Shown here: positions 26,951-35,998 of the stretch, one piece after another | How the letters are laid out: each line of letters begins with the position of its first letter | How positions within the stretch are numbered: position 1 is the first letter of the stretch | Source: a virus | Taxonomy: Duplodnaviria; Caudoviricetes | Virus record (IMG/VR): IMGVR_UViG_3300030116_004829 | Span: 1 to 56,124 of that record | Reading direction: 5' to 3' (one strand) | DNA length: 56,124 nt | The notes under the pieces: generated by a model | Seen by the model: the letters and a program-made list of their open reading frames with translations, nothing else | Told to the model about the DNA's origin: nothing | The model's database searches: none | Made by a program: the position numbers and the translations under genes

Positions 26951-27202
26951 ATGAAATACGCTGTGGCATTACTTTTGCTGTTCGCACTTTTTATGTTAAT
27001 AGGTTGCTCAAGCAAAGATGAAGTAGAAATTGTTCATCATAAAGAAATTTACCAGATGGACAGAGAAGAAGTTATAAATGCAATAAATGATTGTAGAAGT
27101 AATGGGTTGAGATCCATTATAAATAAAACGAATATAAAAACTGATTCTGGCAGAGTTCCTATTGTTATCAATGTAACTTGTGCTCCGAGAGGAGATTTTT
27201 AA
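26951..27202 (+). CDS. Putative lipoprotein
   Basis: MK plus hydrophobic stretch plus LIG-C lipobox; two further Cys. Confidence 0.7.
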   Translation: MKYAVALLLLFALFMLIGCSSKDEVEIVHHKEIYQMDREEVINAINDCRSNGLRSIINKTNIKTDSGRVPIVINVTCAPRGDF

Positions 27203-27372
27203 TGATTAGGATAAGAGGAAATGATATTGAGCTTAATGAGAAAAAGATAGCAAGATTGTTCGATGTTACTTCTATACAAAGGCAAGATTTAGAACAGCTT
27301 TTTGATAAAGCGAATAATTATGAAGACGACATTGAAAAAGCATTTCAAGACGGGAAAAGAGAAAATGAATAA
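27202..27372 (+). CDS. Hypothetical protein
   Basis: 56 aa from ATG 27202, coupled to the upstream stop, GAGGAG RBS. Confidence 0.55.
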   Translation: MIRIRGNDIELNEKKIARLFDVTSIQRQDLEQLFDKANNYEDDIEKAFQDGKRENE

Positions 27373-27658
27373 AGATGCAGCAAAAATACTCGAAGATATG
27401 GCAGAAACTTTTAGGGAGAGAAATAAAGTTTATGGCGACAACTATAAAACTGTTGGAGAAGTCATGGTGGCTTTATTCCCCAAAGGTGTCAATCTTAAAA
27501 CTGTTGATGATTATAATGTTTGGCACTTGTTTGAATTAATGGTTGTAAAAATTACAAGATTTGCTAATAATGGTTTGAAACACAAAGATTCAATTCACGA
27601 TGCAGCAGTTTATGCAGCAATGGTTGAATCATTAATAAAAGGAAATAATGATGAGTAA
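27365..27658 (+). CDS. All-helical nucleotide-modification-associated / nucleotide hydrolase-like protein
   Basis: ER..VYG...K..R......DS.HD.AVYA pattern seen in small MazG-like phage domains. Confidence 0.6.
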   Translation: MNKDAAKILEDMAETFRERNKVYGDNYKTVGEVMVALFPKGVNLKTVDDYNVWHLFELMVVKITRFANNGLKHKDSIHDAAVYAAMVESLIKGNNDE

Positions 27659-28322
27659 TATTTTAATAACAGGCACTGGCAAAGGCTTGGGCAAAGCTAT
27701 GAAAGAAGAACTTACTAATCAAGGTCATTTAGTTCATAGTTATAATTTAGAAGATGGCTTTGATATTCGGAAAACTAATTCAATTGCATTCCCATCTATT
27801 GACATATTAATAAATAATGCTGGAATTAATTTAATAGACTGGCTAGAAAATTTTGAGGAAGATATGTGGGATGAAGTTATGGACACGAATGCAAAAGGCA
27901 TATACATGATGACTAAAGCTTGCTTGCCTTTATTAATAAAAAGCAAAGGAACTGTTCTTAACATTGTTAGTAATGCTGCCCACATGCCTATGACTTGTTC
28001 ACTGGCTTACAATGCATCTAAAGGTGCAGCTCATATTATGACTTTGCAGTTAGCTCGTGAGTTGACTAAAAAATATGAAATAACAGTTTTTGGGATAGCA
28101 CCGAATAAATTATCAGGAACTGGTATGAGTGAATCAATAGATAATCAAGTTGTTAAGACTCGTGGCTGGACAAAAAAATATGCTCAAAATTATCAGCTTA
28201 ATGGATTATTAACAGGAAAAGAAACCCCACCAGAAAAAGTAGCAGAGTTTGTTGCTTTTCTACTTCAATCAAAAGAGCATCATCGCTATTTAAGTGGATG
28301 CATATTACCATATGGAGCTTAA
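27648..28322 (+). CDS. Short-chain dehydrogenase/reductase (SDR)
   Basis: TGTGKGLG, NNAG, catalytic S and YNASK (YxxxK). Confidence 0.92.
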   Translation: MMSNILITGTGKGLGKAMKEELTNQGHLVHSYNLEDGFDIRKTNSIAFPSIDILINNAGINLIDWLENFEEDMWDEVMDTNAKGIYMMTKACLPLLIKSKGTVLNIVSNAAHMPMTCSLAYNASKGAAHIMTLQLARELTKKYEITVFGIAPNKLSGTGMSESIDNQVVKTRGWTKKYAQNYQLNGLLTGKETPPEKVAEFVAFLLQSKEHHRYLSGCILPYGA

Positions 28323-28323
28323 A

Positions 28324-28821
28324 ATGAAATTTACTATAGAACAAATCGCTATCTGCCCAAAAAATCCTATCGCTGCAAAAAAGCTTTTAAAAGAAATTGG
28401 TGCAGTTGAATGGGCTGAAGACCATGTTGTTGCATCTGGCACAGTGTTCGGAGAACATGACGTTAAGAATGAAGCAAATTTATCTTTTAATTACGATATC
28501 TTTGCAGGTAAAGAATTCGAGATTTTAAATTATACTTCTGGAAAAAATTGGGTTGATGAAACTGGTGGTTTACAAATATCTAAAGAAAGGAACACAGTCA
28601 GCCATTTAGGAATGCATTGTTCGGCAGAAGAATTATTAAAATGGAGAAAGTTTTTTAAAGATAGAAATATAATCGTAGCTCAAGAAGTTTTTACAGAATC
28701 TCATACTAATCCTGTAATCGCAGGCAAGAGATCTTACAACTATGTAATTTTTAATACGAAGCCAATATTAGGAGTTGATTTGAAATTTATAGTCAGGATA
28801 AATAAAGATGATAGTGTTTGA
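28324..28821 (+). CDS. VOC/glyoxalase-fold protein
   Basis: IEQIAI...EFEILNY...SHLGMH...YVIF.T...G..LKFI, a repeated beta-alpha-beta-beta-beta pattern. Confidence 0.6.
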   Translation: MKFTIEQIAICPKNPIAAKKLLKEIGAVEWAEDHVVASGTVFGEHDVKNEANLSFNYDIFAGKEFEILNYTSGKNWVDETGGLQISKERNTVSHLGMHCSAEELLKWRKFFKDRNIIVAQEVFTESHTNPVIAGKRSYNYVIFNTKPILGVDLKFIVRINKDDSV

Positions 28822-29344
28822 TCTAGAAACAACAGGATTGCCTAAAGCTGAAGGCTCAGACTTAGATTTACAACCTAGAATAATTGAGTTCGGTGCAATA
28901 AGATTTACCGATGGTAATTTCGAAGAATATGATAGGTTAGAATTTATGTGTAATCCTGGACACAACCTAGATCCTAAAATTAGTAAAATAACAGGCATTA
29001 GTGACGAAGATTTAAAAAAAGAAAAACCTTTTATTTATTATTATAAAGATTTATGTAAATTCTTTCTTGGCGAAACATCAATGGCTGCACACAATTTACC
29101 TTTTGATAGAAAGATTTTAAGATTCGAATTAGAAAGAATAGATAAACTTACAAAATTTCCTTGGCCAGTGGATCATATATGCACAGTTGAAGTTGGTCAA
29201 GGTGTTTGGGGTAAAATGCGTAAATTAAGTGAAATATATAAAGAGATCACTGGAAAAGAACATAAAGGTGCTCACAGATCTTTAGTTGATGTAGAAGCAA
29301 CAATAGAAATATTAAAGTGGTATAAAAAAGAAGGACACATTTGA
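28808..29344 (+). CDS. dnaQ: DEDDh 3'-5' exonuclease (Pol III epsilon-like)
   Basis: DLETTG, AHNLPFD and HRSLVD. Confidence 0.92.
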   Translation: MIVFDLETTGLPKAEGSDLDLQPRIIEFGAIRFTDGNFEEYDRLEFMCNPGHNLDPKISKITGISDEDLKKEKPFIYYYKDLCKFFLGETSMAAHNLPFDRKILRFELERIDKLTKFPWPVDHICTVEVGQGVWGKMRKLSEIYKEITGKEHKGAHRSLVDVEATIEILKWYKKEGHI

Positions 29345-32151
29345 TGTTGCATTTAAGAGCCAGAACTGAATACTCTTTTAGAAAAGCATATGGTCCAATA
29401 AATAATTTAGTTGGCTTGGCAGGAGAGGCAATGGGCATTGCTGATGCTGGAACTTGGGGTCATGTGGCTTTTAACAATGCTTGTAAAAAAGCAAATGTAA
29501 AGCCAATATTCGGAGTTGAGATAGGTGTTGTTGAAGATGCAAAAGAAAGGTCAAAGCAACCAATAAATTACATGGCTTTTATAGCAAAAAATAATTCAGG
29601 CTTGGCAGAGATTTATCAACTTGTAACTAAAAGCACTTCTAAAGAAAATTTTTATTATATACCAAGAATAAGCTATTATGATCTTTTCGAAGTATCTGAA
29701 AACGTAATTATTTTAACAGGAACTAATCCTAATGTTGGGTTAATACCTTTAACTAAAAAGAAGCATATTTATTTCGAGATAAATCCAATGACAAGTAAAA
29801 AGAGCTTTCTTTGGGCAAAAGATAAGCGTTTTCAATTTGTGGCAACTTCAGATAATTACTATCCAAAAGTTACAGATAAAAAAGCTTATGAAGTTTTAGT
29901 TGGAATGAATAGGACAGAAAGAACTAAACCAATGCACCTATTAAATGAATATGAGCTAGTTGATTGTGTTCCTTGGATACCAGATGAAGCAATGCAAATG
30001 ACTTACAAAATTGCTGACGAATGTAATGTTGATTTACCTATTGCTAAAATGATATCTTTTCAACCGAGCAAGACATTAGAAGAAATGTGCATAGATGCAG
30101 CAGAATCAAGAGGAATAGATCTAAAAAATAAAGTTTACAAGGATCGTCTGAGAAGAGAAATAGACATGATTGCAAGTAAAAATTTCGAAGATTATTTTTA
30201 CGTCATTGCTGATATGATTAATTATGCTAAACAACATATGTTAGTTGGTCCAGCAAGAGGATCTAGTGCTGGTTCTTTAGTTTGCTATTTAATAGGAATT
30301 ACAGATATAGATCCTATAAAGTTTGATTTATTATTCGAAAGATTTATAGATATCACCAGAGCTGATCTTCCTGATATAGATATAGATTTTCAAGATGACA
30401 GAAGAGAGATGGTTTTCGAATATTTAAGACAAAAGTATGGTGCAGAAAAAGTTGCCCATTTAGGAACAGTAAGTAGATACAAAGCTAAAAGCACAATCAC
30501 TGAAGTTGCTAAAGAACTAGGAATACCAGCTTGGGAAGTCAATGATTTAAAAGGTGCTATAATAGAAAGAAGTGGTGGTGATGCTCGTGCTGCCATGTGT
30601 ATTATGGATACATTTAATGATTTAGATATTGGCAAAGAAGTTTTAAAAAAATATCCACAAATAAAAATAGCAGAAAGAATGGAAAATCATGCTAGACATT
30701 CTGGAGTTCATGCAGCAGGAATTATAATAACAGAAAAGCCAGTGAGTGAATATTGTTCTGTTAGTGCTCAAACTGGTGCAGCACAAATAGATAAATACGA
30801 TGCTGAAAGTTTAAATTTATTAAAAATAGATGCTTTAGGATTAAGAACACTTTCTGTATTAAATGATGTTTTAGAGCAAGTCAATTGGACAAAAGAAAAA
30901 ATTATTAATTTCCCTTTAGAAGATCAAAAAGCTTTTGATGTCTTAAATAAAGAAAGGCATGCAGGCATTTTTCAATTTGAAGGCTATGCATTACAATCTT
31001 TAACACGTCAAATGAAAATAAGTAATTTTGAGGATATTGCTTCCATAACGGCATTGGCTCGTCCTGGACCATTAACATCTGGTGGTACAACAAAATATAT
31101 AAGACGGAAGATAGGTGAAGAGCCTATTACATATTTGCACCCAATGGCAGAAAACATTACTAAAGTAACATTTGGTGTTGTTGTTTATCAAGAACAAGTT
31201 ATGACTATTGCTCGTGACATTGGTAAATTAAGTTGGGAAGATGTTTCTCAGTTGCGTAAAGCAATGAGTAAATCTTTAGGTGAGGAATTTTTTGATCGTT
31301 ATTGGAAGAAGTTTAAAGTTGGTGCTGAAGAGCAAGGAATACCAGAAGACGAATCAATAAAAATATGGAAGAATATTAATACAATGGGATCATGGGCATT
31401 TAATAGATCGCATGCTATTGCTTATGGCTTGGTCAGTTATTGGTGTTGTGTTTTGAAAAGTCGTTTCCCATTAGAGTTTGCTGCAGCATGCCTTAGGAAT
31501 GTAAAAGACGAAGATCAAGGTGTAAAACTATTAAGAGAAGTTGTTAAAGAAGGATTAGGATATAAGCCATATGATAAATATAAATCAGAATTAAATTGGT
31601 CTGTACAAGATGGTGAGTTGATCGGAGGACTTATAGGTATCAAAGGTGTTGGTCCAAAAATGGCAGAAGATATTATAGAAAGAAGAAAATTTGCACAACC
31701 TTTAACACCTCGTCAGGAAAAACTTTTAGATCAGGGAGAGACTCCATTCGATGATATTTTCGAATGTGAAAGAAGATTTGGTCATATTAAAAAAGATCCA
31801 TCAGCTCATAATATTAAAACACCTATAACAGACATTCATAATTTAGAAGCTGATAATCCTGGAGAGTTTGTTGTTTTCGGCAAGCTTGTAGAGAAAAACC
31901 TTAGAGACTTAAATGAAGCTGTCAATTTAGCTAAAAGAGGTGGCAGGAGAGCTGAAACTAATAATCTATGGTTAAACATGAAATTTGAGGATGATACTGG
32001 TCCAATCCTCGCAGGAATAGATAGATGGAAATATCCAAAGCTAGGAAAACCAATAGTTGAAGATGGTAAAATTGGTGATTGGTATTTGTTAAAAGGTCAA
32101 ATTAGAAAGGGATTTAGGAAGCTTAACATAGATAAATGGAGAAAACTTTAA
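29341..32151 (+). CDS. dnaE: DNA polymerase III alpha subunit (family C)
   Basis: PHP domain (HLRARTEYS), RGSSAGS, PDIDIDF, HAAG, KIDALGL, FNRSHA..Y, HhH and OB domains. Confidence 0.95.
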   Translation: MMLHLRARTEYSFRKAYGPINNLVGLAGEAMGIADAGTWGHVAFNNACKKANVKPIFGVEIGVVEDAKERSKQPINYMAFIAKNNSGLAEIYQLVTKSTSKENFYYIPRISYYDLFEVSENVIILTGTNPNVGLIPLTKKKHIYFEINPMTSKKSFLWAKDKRFQFVATSDNYYPKVTDKKAYEVLVGMNRTERTKPMHLLNEYELVDCVPWIPDEAMQMTYKIADECNVDLPIAKMISFQPSKTLEEMCIDAAESRGIDLKNKVYKDRLRREIDMIASKNFEDYFYVIADMINYAKQHMLVGPARGSSAGSLVCYLIGITDIDPIKFDLLFERFIDITRADLPDIDIDFQDDRREMVFEYLRQKYGAEKVAHLGTVSRYKAKSTITEVAKELGIPAWEVNDLKGAIIERSGGDARAAMCIMDTFNDLDIGKEVLKKYPQIKIAERMENHARHSGVHAAGIIITEKPVSEYCSVSAQTGAAQIDKYDAESLNLLKIDALGLRTLSVLNDVLEQVNWTKEKIINFPLEDQKAFDVLNKERHAGIFQFEGYALQSLTRQMKISNFEDIASITALARPGPLTSGGTTKYIRRKIGEEPITYLHPMAENITKVTFGVVVYQEQVMTIARDIGKLSWEDVSQLRKAMSKSLGEEFFDRYWKKFKVGAEEQGIPEDESIKIWKNINTMGSWAFNRSHAIAYGLVSYWCCVLKSRFPLEFAAACLRNVKDEDQGVKLLREVVKEGLGYKPYDKYKSELNWSVQDGELIGGLIGIKGVGPKMAEDIIERRKFAQPLTPRQEKLLDQGETPFDDIFECERRFGHIKKDPSAHNIKTPITDIHNLEADNPGEFVVFGKLVEKNLRDLNEAVNLAKRGGRRAETNNLWLNMKFEDDTGPILAGIDRWKYPKLGKPIVEDGKIGDWYLLKGQIRKGFRKLNIDKWRKL

Positions 32152-32178
32152 ATTTTTTTAAAAAAATGAAATTAACGC

Positions 32179-32230
32179 TTTACTTCTCTGGCCAAATAAG
32201 ATAGAGTGTATATATAAGGTTGAGAAAGGA
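32179..32230 (+). promoter_or_regulatory. Promoter-RBS cassette
   Basis: TTTACT-N17-TAGAGT; its 3' ~37 nt are near-identical to the reverse complement of 17592-17627. Confidence 0.8.
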
Positions 32231-32239
32231 AATATAAAA

Positions 32240-32737
32240 ATGGAAAAGCATAACCCAAAAACAAGATTAATAACTGACTGGACTGGAAAATCAAGAGTTA
32301 CATGGTGTGGTCCATTTTCAGTTGCAACTGTTGCTGGTATACAATATGAGCCAGCATACCAAATACTTAAAGGAATACGTGGCAAGCGTCATTGTAAAGG
32401 TGTTAGCAATGATAATATTAAAAAAGCTTGTCATGAGTTAGGTGTAAAAGGCAAGTGGCACAAATCTAAAAAAAGAACTGTTCTTAGAAAATTTGTTAAA
32501 GAAAATCTTGAGTCTGGTAAAGTTTACATCGTTCAAATAACAAAACATGTTTTAGTTATCGACACTCGTGATTGGACAACAATCGACAATCAAGTTCCTG
32601 AGTGGAGAGCAATGGATGCATCTCATCACTGGGCTAAAAAACTTGTTCACAATTTCTTTGAAGTTTACAATCCTAAATTTTCTGAGCAAATCGAAAAGCA
32701 ATTAGACTTTGATTTTGCTTTACAAAGTGTTGCCTAA
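32240..32737 (+). CDS. Hypothetical protein, papain/C39-like Cys-His pattern
   Basis: WCGPFSVA...HVLVID...D; C-terminal QLDFDF. Confidence 0.55.
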   Translation: MEKHNPKTRLITDWTGKSRVTWCGPFSVATVAGIQYEPAYQILKGIRGKRHCKGVSNDNIKKACHELGVKGKWHKSKKRTVLRKFVKENLESGKVYIVQITKHVLVIDTRDWTTIDNQVPEWRAMDASHHWAKKLVHNFFEVYNPKFSEQIEKQLDFDFALQSVA

Positions 32738-33189
32738 TGATTAGTGCAGCAGCAATGTGTCTAGCTTTGAATATTTACTTCGAAGCTAGAAATCAACCAA
32801 TCCAAGGACAAATAGCAGTCGCTGAAGTCACTCTTAATCGGGTGGCTTCAGAACAATGGCCAGATACAATTTGTGGTGTTGTTAAACAGTCTGGTAAAAA
32901 TGGTTGTGCTTTTAGTTGGTATTGCGATAAAAATTCTAACACACCTAAAGAAAAACAAGCATTTGAAAAATCAAAAAAATTAGCTGAAATATTAATAAAT
33001 AATAAAGTTTCTGTTGTTGGTGAAAAAGCAACTTATTATCACAATGATTCTATAACTCCATATTGGGCAAAAAATTTTTATGTTATTAAAAAGATAGGAA
33101 ACCATATATTTTACTCAGAAAAATTATGGGTAAGCGAACCACTGCAAAGACCAGAAAAATTAATCATAAACGAAAAAAATTATAAGTGA
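32737..33189 (+). CDS. Cell wall hydrolase (SleB/Hydrolase_2)
   Basis: CLALNIYFEAR.Q...GQ.AVA.V.LNRV...P.TICGVV.Q...FSW...IG.HIFY. Confidence 0.9.
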   Translation: MISAAAMCLALNIYFEARNQPIQGQIAVAEVTLNRVASEQWPDTICGVVKQSGKNGCAFSWYCDKNSNTPKEKQAFEKSKKLAEILINNKVSVVGEKATYYHNDSITPYWAKNFYVIKKIGNHIFYSEKLWVSEPLQRPEKLIINEKNYK

Positions 33190-33285
33190 TTGTTTTTAAA
33201 AGATTCTTTCTTCACTTAATTCAAAAAAAAGACTTTACTTCTCTGTTGAAATAAGATAGAGTATATATATAAATTTTAGAAAGGA
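33183..33285 (+). promoter_or_regulatory. Promoter-RBS cassette
   Basis: TAAGTGATTGTTTTTAAA box, TTTACT(33234)-N17-TAGAGT, AGAAAGGA. Confidence 0.8.
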
Positions 33286-33292
33286 AAAAATT

Positions 33293-33901
33293 ATGAACAT
33301 CGATTTAGTAGAACATATTCAAAATGAAAAAGCTTTAAAAGTGAAAAAATTTGACCAAGAAAATCCTGGTTTAATTGATGCCTTGAGGGAAATTGTTTCT
33401 TGGAATTCTTTTGCTGCTTCTTTAGTAAATCAGTATGATTCTCGTGGTACACTTTCTGAAAAGCAAACAGGTGCTGCAATTGCCATGCTTATGAAAATTT
33501 CAAAAAATGGCAAAAAGACTTTGGATTCAGTAGATTATCGTAAAGTCAAAGAAGTTCTTGACAATGCTTTTTCTGACGGCATCAACAATCCTAAGTTACG
33601 TTTCGGTGACATAGTTCTTTCTCGTGCTGGAGATAATGGTGTTAACAAAGGTGCTGTTTACATTAAAGTAGATGGTGAATATGCTGGCAAGTTGCATGGT
33701 GGTTATTTCTTACCAATCAAAATGAATCAGTTATGGCGTCAGGAAACATTCAAGAGATTGAAAGTTATACTCAATGACCCTCTTGAGCAAGCAGTTGCTT
33801 ATGGTCGCAAATTTGGAAGTTGTTGTGCTTGTGGCAGGACTCTTACGAATCACGCTAGTATTGAAGCTGGTATTGGTCCAATATGTGGAAGTCGTTTCTA
33901 A
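33293..33901 (+). CDS. DUF6011-like Zn-finger protein
   Basis: C-terminal CCACGRTLT...SIEAGIGPIC; N-terminal FAASL..Q...G.LSEKQ. Confidence 0.75.
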   Translation: MNIDLVEHIQNEKALKVKKFDQENPGLIDALREIVSWNSFAASLVNQYDSRGTLSEKQTGAAIAMLMKISKNGKKTLDSVDYRKVKEVLDNAFSDGINNPKLRFGDIVLSRAGDNGVNKGAVYIKVDGEYAGKLHGGYFLPIKMNQLWRQETFKRLKVILNDPLEQAVAYGRKFGSCCACGRTLTNHASIEAGIGPICGSRF

Positions 33902-35595
33902 TGATTATCAAGAGAGCAGATTTCGGCAAATATTGCATTATTGAATCCAGACTTGAAGGTGACACTTTCGAAAAATTATCTTCTCTTCCAGGATTTAAAA
34001 GATGGATTGGTCGGGATCTGCTTTTTGATCCAACAGGTGCTAATATAGAAAGAATACATAAATTTTTTCCTAATGCTGAGTGGGATAAAAGTGCAGCTCC
34101 TGCACTTGATAAATATATAGAAAATTTAAAAGCTTTAGAAGAAACTCGTAAATTCAAAGAAAAACCTTTACCAACTAACGATGATTTCAAATTTAAAACA
34201 AAACCTTTTGAACATCAAAGAAAAGCTTTTTACATGAGTAGAGATAAAAAAGAATTTGCTTTACTTATGGAACAAGGAACTGGAAAAACAAAAGTTATCA
34301 TAGATAATGCTGCATATTTATATAGCAAAGGAAGAATCAATTCTTTAATTGTTATTGCTCCTAATGGAGTACATAGGAACTGGATTAAAGAAATAGAAAC
34401 CCATATGCCCGATTGGTGTCCTTATAAATCTTTTTATTACACAGCTGGCATGAGTCAGAAAAGAATAGAAGAATTTAATGGAATCATCGCATCAACTATG
34501 GATTTGAAAATATACACTTTTAATGTTGAAGCTTTTGTAAGTAAAAAAGCAGTCGAATTTATTAATAGAATATTGGTAAGTGGTAAAATAATGTTAGTGG
34601 TTGATGAAAGTTCTAGGATTAAACGTCCAGGAGCGAAAAGAACTAAAATGATAACAAAGTTTGGTAAATCATCAGAGTACAAAAGAATTCTAACAGGAAC
34701 TCCAGTCACTAAAGGTGCTGAAGATGTTTACTCACAGTTTAAATTTTTAAATCCTCAAATACTAGGTTATGACAGTTTTTATTCTTTTAGAGCCAGATAT
34801 TGTATTATGGGTGGTTTTGAAAATAGACAAGTTGTTTCTTATAATAATTTAGAAGAGTTAACAAGAAACATAGAAGGTCATAGCTTTAGAGTTTTAAAGA
34901 AAGATTGCTTAGATCTTCCTGATAAAATTTATCAAAGATATTATGTTGAGATGACTGCTAATCAAAAGAAATTATATGATAATATTAAAAAATCTTTTAT
35001 AGCTGAATTTGAGGGTCAAGAATTATCTGCACCAGAAGCAGTAACAAGACTATTAAGGATGCAACAGATACTTTGTGGATGGTTTCCTTCAGAGCATGAA
35101 ACAAAACCTATAGACAGCAAAAATCCTAGAATAGAAGCACTCAAAGAAATACTTAGTGATATAGATTCTAAAGTTATTATTTGGGCACGCTTTAAAGCCG
35201 ATTTAAAAGCCATAGAAAGCGAACTTGGGAATCTAGCTGTAAGTTATCATGGTGGGATAGATTCGGACACTAGGGAAGCTGCAGTCACTGCATTTCAGAA
35301 CAATCCTAAAATAAAATATTTCATTGGCAATCCACAATCTGGTGGAATAGGTTTAACTTTAACTGCTGCCGATTATGCTATTTATTATTCTAATAGTTTT
35401 GATCTAGAGCAAAGAATGCAATCAGAAGATCGTTGCCATAGGATAGGAACAAAGAATAATATTACTTATATCGACATAGAAACTAGGAAGTCTGTAGATA
35501 GTAAAATAATACAAGCTTTAAGAGACAAAAAGAATATCGCTGATGTTATTACAAAAGATCCAATCTCTTTATTTATGGAGGAAAAGAATGAGTGA
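33901..35595 (+). CDS. SNF2-family (SF2) helicase
   Basis: MEQGTGKT, DESS, LTGTP, G.GLTLT and QSEDRCHRIG. Confidence 0.92.
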   Translation: MIIKRADFGKYCIIESRLEGDTFEKLSSLPGFKRWIGRDLLFDPTGANIERIHKFFPNAEWDKSAAPALDKYIENLKALEETRKFKEKPLPTNDDFKFKTKPFEHQRKAFYMSRDKKEFALLMEQGTGKTKVIIDNAAYLYSKGRINSLIVIAPNGVHRNWIKEIETHMPDWCPYKSFYYTAGMSQKRIEEFNGIIASTMDLKIYTFNVEAFVSKKAVEFINRILVSGKIMLVVDESSRIKRPGAKRTKMITKFGKSSEYKRILTGTPVTKGAEDVYSQFKFLNPQILGYDSFYSFRARYCIMGGFENRQVVSYNNLEELTRNIEGHSFRVLKKDCLDLPDKIYQRYYVEMTANQKKLYDNIKKSFIAEFEGQELSAPEAVTRLLRMQQILCGWFPSEHETKPIDSKNPRIEALKEILSDIDSKVIIWARFKADLKAIESELGNLAVSYHGGIDSDTREAAVTAFQNNPKIKYFIGNPQSGGIGLTLTAADYAIYYSNSFDLEQRMQSEDRCHRIGTKNNITYIDIETRKSVDSKIIQALRDKKNIADVITKDPISLFMEEKNE

Positions 35596-35998
35596 AAAAA
35601 GTTTCTGGGCATTAATAAGAAAAAAGTTGCCTTTAAAAATGTATCGTGTTGAAAATAAAGTTATGAAAGGCATGCCAGATATTCATTATATAAAAGATGG
35701 TCAATCTGGATGGATAGAATTAAAATACATTGATAAATGGCCAAAAAAACGTATCGCAATAGGATTTAAATTAAATCAATCTTTATGGGCAAAAGAATAC
35801 ACTGCGAAAGGTGGCAAAAGCTGGATATTAATTAGAGCAGAAAGAACTCATATTATTTTAATAAAAGGTGAAAAGGCTGATGCTCTATATAAACGACCTC
35901 ATGTAAAAGATTTAATTAGCATGGCTAGTTGGTCAAAAAATAAAAATATGACAGATAAAGATTGGGATGAGTTAGCTTCCATTCTTACCATTCCTTGA
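35588..35998 (+). CDS. PD-(D/E)XK nuclease (VRR-NUC/resolvase-like)
   Basis: SEK.FW...RVEN...GMPD...WIELK...Q. Confidence 0.8.
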   Translation: MSEKSFWALIRKKLPLKMYRVENKVMKGMPDIHYIKDGQSGWIELKYIDKWPKKRIAIGFKLNQSLWAKEYTAKGGKSWILIRAERTHIILIKGEKADALYKRPHVKDLISMASWSKNKNMTDKDWDELASILTIP

